A DNA stretch of 64,000 bases. Origin: Lingula anatina (lineage: Eukaryota; Animalia; Brachiopoda). A program made the translations under genes and the position numbers. The stretch lies in contig CM120643.1 in assembly GCA_051362555.1 (NCBI GenBank), forward strand, positions 23,192,848 through 23,256,847. Direction: 5' to 3'. Position 1 is the stretch's first letter. Every line of letters begins with the position of its first letter. The notes under the pieces are model-generated. The model did no database searches, was not told the DNA's origin, and worked only from the letters and a program-made list of their open reading frames with translations. Of this stretch, positions 40,201 to 52,358 are shown in pieces.

Positions 40201-41490
40201 TGTTTCGCATTAAAAATTGTATCCCGAAAATTGGTGTAATTTTCTGTAACAATATTTTGTCCGCTTTGCCACAAGATAAATTGGTAGTAGTCCAATTGAC
40301 TGAAATACCGTGCTTGTTTTATAACAGGAAATACCTGGCGAATGTTCCAGACCAATACTTTACGTAATAAACTGGACTACTATGAATTTATCATGTACAT
40401 AAAAGTTGAGCAAGCTAAGTTTGGGTTTAAAAGTTTAAATCAATTTTGGGGCTATAGCCTTTTTTTGGTGAAATCCACCCCTGGCTAGAAGAATTCTTTC
40501 AGCTATCACAACACTTCCCATTCAAAAAAGACCCCCAGTTTGGTTGACCTAAACCGATATCTGTCTGACTTAACGTGAAGATACATTAATCACATCCTCG
40601 TAGGGTCTGTGCGTGTTACCCCAAATAACACCAATAGGTCCTTGTCGTCTTTTCTGCCCACTGGGGCAATTAAAATGTTTAGAAATGTTAACTGTAGCTG
40701 CCTTCAAATCAGAACTATCTTAGATACGTAGATAGATGGTTCGCATGAAGGAAGTCGTCAAAAATACCGCGTTTCCCACCGTGTTACCTGGTTGTTATGT
40801 GAAGGGAGTCGGTCTACAGTTGTCTTGTCTAAACCCAGTTTTTCGTCTCTGAGCTTTAATCATTTACGAGGATCTTCAATCTCCGACATATCAATAAATG
40901 TAAAGTTAACTCAATAAATGTAAAGTTTATACTTAATAATAGAGAAACCACAAGGTCTCTATCGTGCAGACAACAGTCAACAAGACCCATGCTTGTGGAC
41001 CATATGCAACAAATGTGAATTAATTCAATAAAGCGTTCGCACCTGACCTACTGCCATCTAGAATAAAATGAAGAAAAAAATCCTCACCTGCAGTCGCCAT
41101 CATGAAAATAGGGGTGGTCGAGTAGGCTGACGAGGGCACTACATTCTTCGCCTTGTCAAGAAGGGGTCTCAAGTGATCCCCGATATCTCCCAGTCGGTCA
41201 GCAAACTCGCTTATCCCTGGGCGAACTTTCAAATTGTCAATGTAAGTGATATCTGGGGGGAGCTTGGAGAGATCGGACCGTTCGGCCCAACGGTATATAC
41301 GCACTCGTGTCCCCGTGCTTCCAGCGTCTAGGACAAGTCCGTACTCCTCCCCCGCCCCTGCTGCAGAGCCAACGCTCAGGGCAGCGGTGACCAGTAGTGA
41401 CAGTAGCAAGTGAACTCTCCCAAGGGCGTCAACCTCGTTCCAAATCTTCCCCAGCCGCCGGGACGACGCAGCCGCTGCTAATGGCAACAT
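28237..41490 (-). CDS. Ectonucleoside triphosphate diphosphohydrolase / apyrase (GDA1/CD39, ENTPD family), complete, 490 aa
   Basis: Exons (minus): 41490-41088, 34054-33868, 33007-32757, 30940-30642, 28902-28740, 28406-28237 (TGA). Total 1473 nt, GT-AG junctions, consistent phases. Apyrase conserved regions: ACR1 VLDAGSTGTR, ACR2 MATAGLR, ACR3 ILSGEEEGMFTWISANY, ACR4 EMGGASMQ, ACR5 GWPMGA; also LYTHSYLYYG and NPCMLKG. Confidence 0.95.
30195..30397. mobile_element. Foldback MITE in an ENTPD intron
   Basis: ATCGAGAAGAGCCGAGGTCTAGCAAGGCC..ACCTAAATATGGCGGACCTACATGAAAGGAAG pairs with CTTCCTTTCATGTAGGTCCGCCATATTTAGGT..GGCCTTGCTAGACCTCGGCTCTTCTCGAT, an arm of about 65 bp with few mismatches. Confidence 0.8.
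31926..32191. mobile_element. TTAA-flanked inverted-repeat element (MITE)
   Basis: TTAA-CGACTCCCAG ... CTGGGGTCG-TTAA. Inner arms AAATTAGTTGCCACAAGCCCAGCGTTTGATAAC and GTTATCAAACGCTGGGCTTGTGGCAACTAATTT form a perfect 33-bp pair. Confidence 0.75.
32397..32621. mobile_element. Degenerate Harbinger-like foldback MITE
   Basis: TAA..TTCCCATAGATTTTAGATCGATCT ... GATCGATCTAAATCTCTGGGAATGCACCC-TTA; related to 37604-37828. Confidence 0.55.
37397..37546. mobile_element. 150-bp hAT-like MITE with 5-bp TSD
   Basis: Perfect 14-bp TIRs CAGGGCCGTAGCCT and AGGCTACGGCCCTG; direct repeat GCGAG at 37392-37396 and 37547-37551; interior rich in G and C runs. Confidence 0.85.
37604..37828. mobile_element. Harbinger/Tourist-like foldback MITE
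   Basis: TTA-GGGCTCATTCCCAATGAAAC...AATCAGATTAACA pairs with TGTTAATCTGATT...GTTTCATTGTGAAGGCACCC-TTA; TTA TSD on both sides. Confidence 0.75.
38556..38740. mobile_element. Harbinger/Tourist-like foldback MITE
   Basis: TTA-GACCGCATTCGCAACAGCAGACTAACTAGTCCGCGGATCAAATATGGC pairs with GCCATATTTGTTCCGCGGACTAGTTAGACCGCTGTTGTGAATGTGGCC-TAA. Confidence 0.75.
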
Positions 41491-41507
41491 TCTGCGATCA
41501 CCGCTAC

Positions 41508-41530
41508 CTGAAGTGAGAGGGAGAGAGACG
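41508..41530 (-). promoter_or_regulatory. Splice acceptor 17 nt upstream of the ENTPD start codon (5' UTR intron; non-coding first exon upstream)
   Basis: Minus strand reads GTCTCTCTCCCTCTCACTTCAG|GTAGCGGTGATCGCAGAATG: a strong polypyrimidine tract plus CAG just before the ATG. Confidence 0.6.
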
Positions 41531-44501
41531 TCCGCGTTAATAACACAGCAGTGGTCTGTAACTGGGGCCTAGTATGTCAGTTTACTAACTAGTGTAAACA
41601 ACGTTAGTGCACGGACGATCTGTAGAATGCTCACACCTGGAAAGCTGGTCATTCGTGTTAATTCTATATGATGTCACCAGTGTCTGTATTGTAGTGGCCC
41701 TTGCGTCCCCTGCCCAGTGGAAGGTCACCTCAATTAATTAAATCCAGGTGGGTTACTTGCACACAGTTGCATGACCGGTATTTGACGGGTCACTGCAAAC
41801 GACAGTCACTGTCAAAAGGAATGATATTGAACCTCGAAATGTTTGCAAATGTTTACCCACCTCAAAGCCGTGGAATGTGCAGGTGATCTCCCGGCGGTTA
41901 ACAGAGTATATTAAGTCCTCGGAAGTTTCGATATCGCCAGATTTGATTAATTTGATGAACCAATTGACTGCAAAACACATGCGCCAGTGACTTACGCGAG
42001 ATTGATAAGACTTTCACAAAGCCAACGGGTCACGATCTTCGTGATTGCTGATGGTGAGGCATACCCGCGCGCAGAGCAACAAGCGATGTTTGTCTGGCGT
42101 CGTGGTTAAATACAGAGAACCGTGAGGTTTTAGCGATCGCTGATACTTTTATGTATCACGAAGCACTTGACTGTGACTGTAAATAACTTGGTCTTGCGGG
42201 GCATTGAATATGCATGAATTACAGGTATAAACTGAGCCGATCAAAGTGTAGTAATTTGATGCATGACTGTCTCTCTACAACAAAAAAGATAAAAAGATAA
42301 TAATGTGAAGTAATATGACAAGCCAGTTTTTTCGTCACAGCTGTTTGCGTGTGTGTGTGTGGGGGGGGGGGGGGGGTGCGTGCGTGCGTGCATGCGCATG
42401 TGTTTGTGCGTGAACTTGTGTATAGTCTAACTAAGATAACTCAATGCTCGCTGTCACGATTTTTAACCACTTCTGTAATGTTGACTTCATAAAAAACGAA
42501 CTCATTCCGAAATAAGACACGCCACCCACTTAAAGCACTGAAAACACGCACAAGACTTGAGTGATAAAACAAACTTTACATTGTTAAAAAAAATTAACTG
42601 GTCACAGGTGCCGTATTGATTGTCAACACCATCGTGAAATACGTTGAAAATGTAACTCAATTTGTGTGCAGTCTATCCCACCTGAAATATCATGGGTGAA
42701 TAAATTAAAATCACGAGGGAAACTCTAGAGGAATCTCTTTTTATCCAATTCAAATTACTCATACATCTAATGTGAAATGTGACGATCTCATATCAAATTA
42801 AATCAACTAACCTTAGTAAAATCCTGGATTCGCCAGTGACATAACACAAAAACTTAGAGCCTTAAATTTAAGACATTTTATGTAAAATAAAATCTGCCTA
42901 CTCGGAAACCTTTGCTTTGCTGTTTCAGCCCTCCGCTTTAATGAAACAAAGAATTAGCCCATTGTCCTTATTCCATATGAAAAAGAAGAAAAAAAAGTGT
43001 CCAATAATGTCCACATATCCCAAAGCCTTTATTCACTCGAACGGATAGAAGTAATTATAGACCGCAATCATCACTTTTGGCAAGTAAAACCAAAGTCCTA
43101 TTGAGCTATGTATGTTTTCACTACATTACACACGTCGTACTCATATTTCATATGATAATCCATATTATAGTATTGACTCGTCCCTACATGAGTGTCAAAT
43201 GACGTCTTATGTGTCTTTATAAAATTTATGATGCCATAGATTGCTGTGCGTGTTGCTAGCCTGGATTAAACATGCAGATCTATATATACTACCCTTTACT
43301 ACACTGACCACAGGAATCGCTAATAGTCTCCAACAAATAAGACCAATGGATCAATCTCTCATTCTAATTTGTACATTGTACTATATTGTAACTTATCAGA
43401 GGGTATCGCTCTATCAGGGCCACAGAGAGATTTTTCACTACACATTCACAGATATTTTTTCTGGCTAACTCTGTGGACATTCCTGTACTGTGATAATTTT
43501 TGGATATATATATATATATATTTTTTTTTTTTTGCAAAGGATTTTAGAAATGACGCTATATATCACACAGTTGGCCTTTGAGAGAGTCAGCCGAGTGTGA
43601 GACAGATCTAGGATATTTGAAAATGCTGTCTGTGTTGTGGGAGAGGAAAGGGGGAGGGTGAGAGGGGGTGCACAGGGGTAAAAAAAAAACTTTTGACTAG
43701 TTTAGCTTGGTACATCTTCTTTCTCAAGAAACAGATCACCTAGACAGCATGTACGTGTTTTTAATCAGTTCACCCCAGTAAAGGCAACGGGGTCCATGTT
43801 GCGTTTTTTTTTTTTTTTTTTTTTTTTTTTATCAGTTAATAGCAACAATCGCGGCATCCACTTCCCGTTAGTGGTCTCGTACAATTCGTAAACCACGTAG
43901 ACTTCTGCTGGGCTGGTGACCACGACCGATTAAGTCCGGAGTAGATCGTTACGAGCTCCGTGCTACTTTTTTGTGTTTGGACGCCCATGTAAATTCCGTT
44001 CACGTCGTGATCCAGTAGACTGACACGGGTAAAAAGGGTTAGATAATCCAGATGTTCTGTACAAATAACGGAGCTAGTTTTTCTCTTGTCAGTTCTTTTC
44101 TGAACCAGCGAAATTGAATCCCCGGCACATCAAATGCCTACATATGCTTGTATAATTCACCAAAGCCCGACATGATCCGTTGGATACATTAGCCATTGTC
44201 ATTACTTTCTTTGTTTGCTTGTGAAGACTGTACCGCACGTGATTTCACCTGTAGAATAATTTTAATGAGGGTGATATAAGATAGGGAAGGTAGTGGTTCT
44301 TAAGATATATTATCTCCTTTTTTATAGGCTGCATTGATTATCAAGTCCTGTTATGCTCAAGTGCTGTTAGTAAGGAGGGTGGGATAATTATATGTTATGT
44401 ATTGTTGAATTCATAATTGGAATCCTGAAGGAATATCTATATATTTAAGGAAAACATGCATGGGAAAGCTAAACAAAGGTTCATACACGACTCAACAATA
44501 T

Positions 44502-44505
<4 letters not shown>

Positions 44506-44551
<46 letters not shown>
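44506..44551. repeat. (TA)n microsatellite
   Basis: Direct reading. Confidence 0.95.
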
Positions 44552-44560
<9 letters not shown>

Positions 44561-47531
44561 TTTTTGCCAATTATTTCTGTTGGGCTGATGATACACATCT
44601 ATTGAAAAGCTTCCAAATAAATAATATACCAAAATTCATATACTTTAATTTGATTTAAAGAAATCAACTTTGTCTACTTACTTTGTGAAATGATACCCAT
44701 GCATCTAATTAGAGGTATTATCTCAGATACGTGTTAAATCACAAATGTTTGGAATCAACTTTCTTCCTCAGGTTACGTGCATTTTGGTATATCTTTGGTA
44801 AAAAGTGATATATTGGCAAGAACCTGGTCTTTTTCATTTTTGGCCGAGTCGATGACATTGCGGATAACAAAGTGTAGTTTACGCAAAAATTTCGCAGAGC
44901 AGGCAACCGTGGATAAAAATGCAAGTCACTTATTGAAGACCTAACAAAATTGCCGTATCATTTGCGCAAAAAAAAAATCCCTCCTCTTTACACAGCTGTA
45001 ATATCACTGTGTAGACCACCAAAGTTGATGGTAAAACTTTATAATACGATACACTATAATTTCTTATAGACAGTTAGTCTAATACTCTCTCCACTTCAAA
45101 GAGCATTAGCGTTGTCTACCTACAAAAGTCGATCTATTAAAAACAAAAATCACATTTTAAGTGTGTTCCGTGCACGTAAGTTAACGTGTGCTTTAAAACA
45201 ACTACGTCTATGAAGGACGTGAAAATAAGTATCACCTCCTAATAAAAACGAATGTCAGAACTGATCAATAGAGAGGATTTGAAAAGTTTTATATATTTTA
45301 TGTGTTTTATTGATAAGTAATAATTTTAAAGAACTTTTATGAATTTTAAACGCAGCAGTTCAGGTTTTAGTCTCTGATAGGGTGGGTTTTATTTTCAAAA
45401 CGTGAGACGTTAATATAATTATTATTAATTAATAGTCTATAGTGTCGAATTCACCCCGAATTTGACAGGTTATTATACACGGCAAAGGCAATCTGATGAC
45501 GGAGGTGATCAGCTTCTCGTAGCCCCAGAAACTCAGGGTGTACCAATGTGGAAGACCCATAAAAAATTTACGGTAAGATCTCGAAACATTAATCACTGCA
45601 GAATCTGTGTAAACAGCGGTGGTTACAAGGAAGTGAGGTCACTCTGGTTGAGGTGCGTGGTTGGAGATAGAACAAACTTCATTCACGATTAGGTCAACGT
45701 AACAACCGCAAGAAATAACACAAAACCTGAACATGGGTGTAAACTTTCATACCAACACTTAGGTCTTATGAGGTTCCAGATAAATCCGTATCATTTCACC
45801 TAAATCAGATTAACTATTGATCTAAACTTAAACGTCTTTTTTTGTTGTACAACAGGGTGCACTACTCCATTTAATTGGACTTTTATCGTGTGTGAAAGTA
45901 TACTATAATTCTGGTCTAAAAGTTATGACCAACTTTCGGGCTAAACTTAAATTCTTTTCTGAAAACAGTTCCAGATTTCCTTTGCCAGAGACAAGCACAA
46001 ATGTTGTATATGGTTCATCTGAGGTAAGTCCCCCAAGAAAGGGTTTTACTTATCCGACTAATGACGTAAGGCTGGCGAAAAAGCAAGATTCTGGTCACAG
46101 ATATCGGTCAGGTGTATCCTTGATGTTGGCTACTTTGCACACATAATAAGTGCTGGAGCGAAGAAAGCAAGAAGCGTGCGTGCGTGTGTATAGTGTTCTG
46201 GTGTTGGAAGTGTGTGTGTGTGTGGGGGGGGGGGGGTAAGTTGGAAATAACCACTCACAACAAAATTAGCGTCCAGGGGAGGGGCGTTCCCCTTACCCTC
46301 ACGGCCAACTTTTTTGACAGAGAGGGGGGGAATCTAAGAAACCCTAGCCCCTACTACCACGCCTATGCGTACATGCAGTAAACTGAAACAATTCGTTTGT
46401 ATTGCTTACATTGTTTTCTGCCGAGTAACGTACTGTACAAAAAACTCCAACGAAATACCGAGACCAGAGTTTTATTTTCATATTGAAGTGATGACATCCA
46501 GGTGAATCAGAATCCAGTAAATGAAGAGATGTTACGTACGATGTACGTACATTCATCAAATTCAACGACTGTGACGATCAACCTTTAATTTTTTCGAGTG
46601 AAGTTATACTGCAACAAAGCCAATTGAATATGATATCTAAAATACAAAGTTTAACTTCTAGTAATTTCCCATATTCAGCATCATTGCTTTGGCTTAAAGA
46701 GAATGAAATATAAAAATCTGGAAAACTTGTCTGATAATCTCAGATAAAATCCTTGACTTAAAAGTTCTTATATTGTTTCAATAAAATGTTTTAAAGAGTT
46801 TCATGTGTAATCGTGTAACTGTAATAGCTAAAAAAAATTATCTGTAAAATAAGCAAAATACTATAAAATGTAGGACAGTTGTATACAATTGGAATGTAAG
46901 GTATTTAAATTCTTGGATAAAATGATGCAAGTTTTTAAAACTTAAACTACATAATCTATAAGTTTAAGACCTTAGGGACTCTTTAAAATATTGTACATAG
47001 CTTGGGAGTAGACTGCAGGCTTACATGTGATCGTCCCCTTAAAAATAATATGTAAATCAACTTTAAAGCTCTTAGATGACCATTCAGACATTTGATACTT
47101 TCATGAAATTAAAAGTAAAATTCAACAAAGAATCTCAGGTATGAAATATTTAACAATCTCTGTTTAGTCTTAATCCATTTCCATGTATTTTTAACATAAA
47201 ATTTTTCAAATCCAGTTAAATCGAATGTTACCATCCTGCTTGTAATGAAATCTCATTCTGCTTTTTTTTTCTCATACACTTTTAGTTATGGAAGCACTCA
47301 TGAAATCTTGGATATACTTATAGTAATGGAGATGCTTATGAAATATATGTGCCCTTACTTATGGCCTTAAAAGAGATTGACATTTTGCAATTTGGATTGT
47401 ACAAATCAAAAGTTTTAATTTTCAGAGAGGACCAAAAGTTGTCTTAAAAGCGCAGTACATGACCTAATCAAGGTAATTTGACCAATCTCAAAATCCACAA
47501 TTCATGTGTTTAGCATTTCTGACTCAGTCGA

Positions 47532-50500
47532 TTACAATCTTTCATCCCATTCTTCTGGTTCTTCATCAGGCTCTATCAGCGGTGATTTGCTGTGTCCAGG
47601 TCGAAGTTCCACTGCAAAGCTGTCATCAGCAGCAACCTCCTGAAGTCTTGGGTAGTTGCGACCCTTTATGCTGCCGCTCAATTTTCGCTGAGGCACATCA
47701 TCCAACCCACGAGACACAGAGATGTTCTTATCTGTCACCTGACCACCTTGCTCCTTGTAGTGGATGTAGGCACGGTTCTGAGCCATTTCCTGCTTATCTG
47801 GCTTCTTGAACCTTAAAAATGAGCATGATGAATGTATAAAGATCTGTCAAGAAAATAAGAAAATAATCAAATTGCAAAGACGATTATGATGAAGGAAATA
47901 TTATTTGTTCAGGGACAATGTTTACATTCCTAATTTAGGCCAGAGCTCTTGAACTCTCAATTTCATATCTTGCGTACCAGTGCCACCAGCTGGATGCAAA
48001 AGTAACAAGCTTATGCTTAAAGCGAGTAGATCAAAACCAATCATATACTAGTCTCAGTGCTTACACAATGTAATTGAAAACAGAAGAGCAGGTAACTGAG
48101 AAGTAAATAATTTCAAATTGGTAACTGTTTGGTTACACTTCCTTTCAAAAATGCACCATTTCCTGTGAAAATACTTACAATTTTAGAAGCAAGGAGAGGC
48201 AGACGACCGACACTGAGGACATTGCCATGGCAGCAGCTGCCATCCAGGGCTGTAGTCGGATGTTCACTGGAGACAGCAATCCTGGAATAACCAATGACAC
48301 AATATAAGATCAGTTTATGAAGCTAAATCAGTAGGAATTGACAATAATAATGATGAAAATGAATAAATTCTTATTAATTCTATATCAAATGATACAATTA
48401 CTATGAATTTAAGAACACTAATAATTTATTTATCTCAGGAATAATAATATCTATCAAATCACCTTAGAGACAGATAATGGAGAAAAAAAAATACTAAACT
48501 CATCCTTTGTGTAATATGTGCTGAATCAAATATATTTTGTGGTTTACCTTTATTAAGACTAATGTAAAAATTACTTTGAATCTAGCTTAAAATACCATCC
48601 AAGTGATAATTGTCTAAATCTTAATATTTTCATGAACTTTGGAAGGACTTCTTGTCAGCCAATTGTGACAGAGATGGCCAAGGAAAAGTACACATTTTCT
48701 CACCTGCTGCAATGGGGATTCCCAGCAAGTTGTAGACACAGGCAAAGAAGAAGTTCAGTCTGATTCTGAACACAGTGGCCTTGGACAATTTCAGTGCTAT
48801 GATGACATCAACCAGATCATCCTACAAAACATTCATATTATACAAACAGTTTTTAAAAAATAACTTTACAAATTACAGGTAGCAATGTAGTGGAAATTCA
48901 TCCACTTGCTCAAATATTTTAGTTACACTGTAAAGATCATAAATAAGAAAGAGTTAATCAATTAATTTATTTAGAAGAATAACATGATTCCTTGACAGTT
49001 TTATTCAAATACAAAACTAAGCCCCATACTAAAACAAAAATATAACTGAAACAAAAATATGACACCATGATAATAATATCTCAAATCTCATTCGAATATA
49101 AAATATAAAACGAAGTCTAAAAATATAGCAGCTTTAGAAACAGAAAAAATAACGAGAAAATCAAATTTCACCTTCATCAGGACTAGATCCGCTGCCTCCA
49201 CAGCCACATCAGTTCCGGTTCCGATGGCCACCCCTAGGTCTGCCTGCGCCAGGGCAGGGGAATCGTTGACACCGTCTCCAACCATAGCGACCTTGACCCC
49301 TGACCTCTGGAGCTGCTCCACTTTCTCCTTCTTGTGCTGTGGTAGCACCTCTGCAAACACCTTCTTTATTCCAACCTAGAAAACCAGAGAGGATAAAAAA
49401 GGAGTAAATAAATATAATTCAAAAATGTTTGTTTTTGGTTTTCCCTTTAAGGATGGTGAAACCTTTGAAATGAGGATTTTAAGTAAAACCACCTATGCGT
49501 AAAATGTTTCCATTGCAGTGTGGGAAAAACTTCATTCAATCAAATAAACATCACCAATAATAATAATAATAATAATAATCAATTATTATTAAGCTCATAC
49601 ATAAAAATATAAAACAAAATTATCTCTAAAAATAAACGCAATATTTGTTAAAACATTTATGCAATAAGTTTCCAATAAAACATAAAAAGCTGCAGATAAT
49701 ACTACCTTCTTAGCAATGGCTGCAGCAGTCTTGACATTGTCTCCAGTTAACAAGTAGACATCTAGTCCCATCTTCTGCAGATAATATATGGCCAGGTGAG
49801 CCTCTTCTTTCACTGTGTCAGCAACTGCCATCATGGCCGCCACAGCGCCTGTGGAAAAAAGTGAAGAAAAAGAAATTCAATGTTGGTGAAAAAAGAGACA
49901 AAACATTTAAAACCTTATAGTCTCTTTGGTGCGTAGATTTACATATTCATCGTTATTTTTTAACAGGAGATTACAAAAAAAAAAAAAAACCTTTCACTGA
50001 GTTTTTGTGTTAATTTAATCATCAGTCCCATTGACAGAGTGTAACAGAAGACAATTTGCCTCCATTTTAATGGCATCATTATTACCATGATTACAATTAT
50101 CCTCATCAGCTGTCCTACAATCAAATCTACTTTCTGCTTTGGATACATGAATTTGTGTATATGAATCTACACATGTCTATGTAAATATGCAAAAGACATA
50201 AGTTGACAACTCTATTTTGCTTACCATCCACTGCCACCAAGATGGCGGTCTGGCCCTGCATCTCGTGCTTCGTCATCTCTTCATCTATTTCAGGAGTGAT
50301 TACGAGACCCTGTTTTTGCATCCATTGACGATTGCCGATCAGAACCTCGTATGATTTGGAGGCCATGGCACCAATAGGCTCTGATATAAAACCAATAAGT
50401 TATCAACAATGTGAAATAGTAGAGAGCATTGTTTAAATTTCTCATTCAATATATACCATCTGCTATGGTCACCACCCTCCTAAAATTAATACAACTGATG

Positions 50501-52323
50501 TAAAATTTAACGTAGTGGTGATGTGTTGTTTCAATGTGTTGTTCCAATTTCAATAATTATCATTAATTATTAGTATCTAGAATATAACATTTTAAAAGGC
50601 TAGAGTATGTAGGATCATTCAAGGATAATTTCCATTATGTTGGTAGCCTAGTTTTTTTTTTTTTTTGGGGGGGGGGGGGGGGGCTTAACCCCAATCTCCT
50701 GTGGCCTTGAATGGCAGAATTTTCCACTTTTCTGTTCAAATGTCTAGTGCCTGGAGGGTTATCATTCTAAAATCTAAATCATATATACCTTCCGCTTTCC
50801 CCTCCTCTCCCTCCACTCCATCTACTACCACCGTCTCGGAGTTGAGGATATTTCTCACATCCACACTGTCCTTCATGGCCTCCACATTGGTGACTGTACA
50901 TTTTATTCCATAACCTGACACTGCTTCAAAGTCACTAGTGTTACCCACATTCTCACATTTTAATGCCTAACAAAAAATAATAAAAAGTGAAAATTATTGA
51001 AAAATTGACTGGACGGACTAGGAAAAAAAAGGCTGTGGCCATGCTGAATTTTTACTATCTCCATCACAAAGAATTTATTCATCAGAAAACAGTTTCACAT
51101 CACAAACCATTAAATCTCCTCTTCAGAAGAACTGTTTCAGCTGTACATCTTACAAGCTTTACAGCCAACAGCTGTTAACACGTAGCTCACCTCTTTCACG
51201 TATCTGACAATGGCGTCTCCAATGGGGTGCTCACTGCTGCCCTCCGCTGTCCCAGTGACTGCCAGTAGTTCCTTCAGTGACAGCACCTCTTGTCTGACAA
51301 ACATGACAATTCTGGTCACCTCGGGGACACCATGGGTGATGGTACCAGTCTTGTCAAATACTATACTCTTCACCTATTGGATATACACATTCATTGTTTT
51401 TATTTATTCATTATAAATTTTATTTTTGTACTTTAAATATTGGAGGGAATAATGACACAAAGACTTAATCACAATAAATAAATAAATAAATAAATAATGT
51501 CCACCAAAACTATAATCTAGTTAATGTTGGTTCTATCATTTATTATCCATTATATTTTTGTACTTGAGATATTGCAGGGAATGATGACACAAAAACATTT
51601 AGCACCATGAATACATAAATAAATTTTTCATAAAGAAATGATGGCCATTAAATCTATAATCTAGTTATAACTGTATACCTTGTGTGCCACCTCCAATGGC
51701 TGCCCCCCTTTTAGCAGTATCCCACTGGTGGCCCCTATTCCTGTCCCCACCATTACTGCCGTGGGGGTCGCCAGTCCCAGAGCACAAGGACACGCTACCG
51801 CCAACACAGTGATGGCGTACTGAAAGGCATTGGCCAAGATGACTTCATCCCTGCTACGGTCACTACCCTCCTGAAATAAGATTGTTAGCTTATTAGAAGC
51901 ACTGAAATATCATGATCATCATGATCATCATTATCAATACCATTTTCATTGTTATTATTTTTATACATATTTCTTGAAATATATAGTGGCATATTTTCAG
52001 TAACATACTACAAAATGCAGTGAAAGGTCATTATTATTACCATAATAATTATAATCAATTTTAATGATAAGCATAATCATCATTTTTAATAGTCCATATT
52101 GTCGACATACCACAAAATCTTTATGTATGAGGTCAAAGTTCACATATCCCACAATGATCCAGGAGACCAGGGTAATGGTGGATGCAGTGATCACTCCTGG
52201 AATGAACACACTGGATATCTTGTCTGCAAATGCTTGAAGGGGGGCCTGGGAGAGAAAAGAAGTTACAACTAGAGTGTACTTTAGGGCACAGACCTCTATC
52301 AATGAAAAAGACAATTACTATAG

Positions 52324-52358
<35 letters not shown>

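Noticed and set aside
47532-47560. ATP7 C-terminal DERL as an ER-retention signal
   Set aside because: The ATP7 C-terminus is cytosolic, so KDEL-type retrieval does not apply. It is more likely analogous to the acidic tail of ATP7A.
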